Origin: Pseudomonadota bacterium
GTDB taxonomy: Bacteria; Pseudomonadota; Gammaproteobacteria; Pseudomonadales; UBA7434
Reading direction: 5' to 3'
Length of the DNA: 64,000 bases
NCBI GenBank assembly: GCA_036344075.1
Contig: JAYYUJ010000024.1
Coordinates: 22,616 to 86,615, forward strand
Shown in pieces: positions 62,131-64,000 of this stretch. The translations under genes and the position numbers were made by a program. The notes beneath the pieces were generated by a model. That model saw only the letters and a program-made list of their open reading frames with translations, made no database searches and was not told where the DNA came from. Within the stretch, counting starts at the first letter, position 1. Each line of letters opens with the position of its first letter.

Positions 62131-62637
62131 TTATTTTTTAGCGTTGGCAGCTTTCCATGAGTAAGAGCCCCATTGGCCATCACCTGAGGATACGCCTACG
62201 GTAATTGACTCGACATCACTATCAATGAAAAAGTTATCTTGTTCAATCATTTTTTCTAGAACTAGGAAAGACAGTTCTTCAACCGTGGTATTTCGGATAG
62301 TCAATACTTGGGTATCACTAACCGCAAAAAATAATTTTTCACCATTAAAAATAACCTCATATTGATCTCCCACCTTTTCGATTTTAAGGTAAGGAGACTC
62401 GCCGGGTAGCAACACATATTCATCCAGTGCTTTACAAATACTTCTGAGGCGGGATTTAATTTCTTGATAGTCAAAGCATAGCCCATTTTCATACACCGGC
62501 GCAGTGACTGTGGCGCGTACTTTAAAGTTATGACCATGCAGTCGTTCACGATCAGTCTCTGAAAAAATAGTGAAATGCGCGCATGAAAATTTAAGGTCTT
62601 CTTTACTGATATCGATTGTGGTTAATCGTTTTGACAT
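62131..62637 (-). CDS. 6-pyruvoyltetrahydropterin synthase/QueD-family (T-fold) protein with the PTPS-III signature
   Basis: 'FSCAH', 'ERLHGHNF' and 'NTTVEEL'; ATG 62637 preferred. Confidence 0.8.
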   Translation of the reverse strand: MSKRLTTIDISKEDLKFSCAHFTIFSETDRERLHGHNFKVRATVTAPVYENGLCFDYQEIKSRLRSICKALDEYVLLPGESPYLKIEKVGDQYEVIFNGEKLFFAVSDTQVLTIRNTTVEELSFLVLEKMIEQDNFFIDSDVESITVGVSSGDGQWGSYSWKAANAKK

Positions 62638-62946
62638 ATTAATCCCTGAATAGAAAAGAATCATGTCATTATATACTGAAAATTCGCCTACGGCAGATCA
62701 TATATTAGTGGTTTGTTTGCTCCAAATGGCGGCGCTTGTCTCCTAAATACGTTTAATAGCTTTATTTTTAAGGGGGTGTTGTTGAAATTATTCATTTTAC
62801 ACATAATGACAAATTGTTCATTCCATCCAGCCTTTTAATTAAACTGTTAAGATCGATAGCCGTATGAAAATAGTTATCATGGACCTAAGCAATGGGCATT
62901 TAAAATGTTAGACTAGATTCTTTAGCGATGATAAAGCAGGTGATTT

Positions 62947-63753
62947 ATGGCAAGAACACTAACGATTCGTAGTTCTGATGGCATTGGTCTGATTACATTA
63001 AATCGACCAGACGCGATGAATACCTTAACGGGTGAGATGCTGGCTGATTTAGGGGCAGCCTATTTGCAATGTGATCGAGATGATGCAGTTAAGGTCATTG
63101 TGATAACGGGATCAGGGAAGGCTTTCTGTGCTGGTGCCGACCTAAGCGATGGCGGCAATACATTTGATAGTTCTGAGCGTAGCGATATTAATAGCTGTCC
63201 GTTAGCTGTTCAGGCGTGGGAATTACGTAAACCTATTATTGCTGCTTGTAATGGCCATGCCATTGGCGTGGGTTTAAGTATTGCGATGCAATGCGATGTT
63301 CGCATAGTCGCTAAGGACAGTAAATACGGCTTTTTGCAAAATCGAAGAGGTGTGGTAACTGATTTCGGTATGACTGCCTTATTACCAAAGATAGTAGGTA
63401 TGGAGACCGCTTTTGAATTGTTGGTCCGAGCGCCTAAGCTAAATGGCGATGAATTACAAGCTATCGGTTTAGCTAGTCGTTCAGTTGATGCGGATCATGT
63501 CTTGGATGAGGCGTTATCTATCGCCAAGGATATGGTTGAAAACTGCTCTCCATTAGTGATGGGTATGCATAAGCGTTTATTGTGGGATAATATGGATAAA
63601 TCGCTAGCGGATGCGATTGAGCATGAAAGTGACGGATTAAATTACAGTATGCGAAAACCTGATGCGCTTGAAGGTGGCGTTGCTTTTTTTGAAAAAAGAA
63701 AGCCGGCTTGGCAAGCTACCATTAATAATGACTGGCCTGATTTTTGGGATTAG
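62947..63753 (+). CDS. Enoyl-CoA hydratase/isomerase family protein
   Basis: 'LNRPDAMN', 'AFCAGADL' and 'KPIIAACNGHAIGVG'. Confidence 0.92.
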   Translation: MARTLTIRSSDGIGLITLNRPDAMNTLTGEMLADLGAAYLQCDRDDAVKVIVITGSGKAFCAGADLSDGGNTFDSSERSDINSCPLAVQAWELRKPIIAACNGHAIGVGLSIAMQCDVRIVAKDSKYGFLQNRRGVVTDFGMTALLPKIVGMETAFELLVRAPKLNGDELQAIGLASRSVDADHVLDEALSIAKDMVENCSPLVMGMHKRLLWDNMDKSLADAIEHESDGLNYSMRKPDALEGGVAFFEKRKPAWQATINNDWPDFWD

Positions 63754-63789
63754 TAGAAGACAATAATTTTTATGTAAGGGTAAAGAACC

Positions 63790-64000
63790 ATGGCAAAAAA
63801 ATTTCTTGTCATCACCGGCGCTAGTCGAGGCATCGGTCGTGCAACAGCAGAATTATTTTTAGCCGCTGACTATCAGGTAATAAATATTTCGCGTCGTGAC
63901 CCTCAGCTAGAAGGGGTGCAGCATATTAGTGCCGACTTAGCGGTTACAGGTTGGGCCGAAGCGGTCGCCGATATACTTAATCAGTGGATAGAAAGGGCAT
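63790..64000 (+). CDS. Short-chain dehydrogenase/reductase (3' truncated by the window edge; not in the ORF track)
   Basis: MAKKFLVITGASRGIGRATAELF...INISRR. Confidence 0.85.
   Translation, partial: MAKKFLVITGASRGIGRATAELFLAADYQVINISRRDPQLEGVQHISADLAVTGWAEAVADILNQWIERA

Noticed and set aside
539-62549. Many short antisense or alternate-frame ORFs in the ORF track (e.g. 539..844, 5420..5749, 21728..22027, 52236..52562, 57260..57568)
   Set aside because: They are nested in well-supported genes, with no motifs or RBS; shadow ORFs.
1-64000. CRISPR arrays, IS elements, prophage or defence systems
   Set aside because: No regularly spaced repeats, transposase, integrase, phage or defence motifs were recognised by eye.

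Overview
This is a chromosomal window from what looks like a marine, moderately AT-rich gammaproteobacterium. The assignment is inferred from Pseudomonadales/Cellvibrionales-like core gene order. It has five blocks. (1) 1-19.6 kb is the distal part of a Wzx/Wzy exopolysaccharide locus: sulfotransferase, secreted putative glycan-active protein, Wzy, three GT4s, acetyltransferase, bi-domain oxidoreductase, heparinase II/III-like protein, WecA-like initiator and wecB. Embedded in it are an exosortase-EpsI fusion (XrtD-like) and a PrsT-like TPR lipoprotein. (2) 19.8-35 kb is core genes: proA-nadD-rsfS-rlmH-mrdA-rodA-mltB-rlpA-dac-ybeD-lipB, then convergent leuS-lptE-holA, with a SnoaL/KSI-like gene where lipA normally sits. 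(3) 35-43.6 kb has a glucosylglycerate synthesis/recycling operon behind a sigma54-type promoter, an acyltransferase, a thioesterase and LexA-boxed umuDC. (4) 43.8-56.8 kb has a seven-gene catabolic cluster (P450, PQQ dehydrogenase, BVMO, then an lvaC/A/D/E-like module), followed by a surface-protein islet next to the 3' end of tRNA-Leu(CAG). The islet holds an autotransporter, an intact VPLPA-CTERM gene and an unannotated, nonsense-riddled VPLPA-CTERM pseudogene. (5) 56.9-64 kb has rnr, a candidate unannotated ~95-nt small RNA, an amidohydrolase, SDRs, a PTPS-III-type QueD homolog and an enoyl-CoA hydratase. No CRISPR array, rRNA, transposase or intact integrase was seen. All family assignments come from motif recognition by eye, not from database searches.
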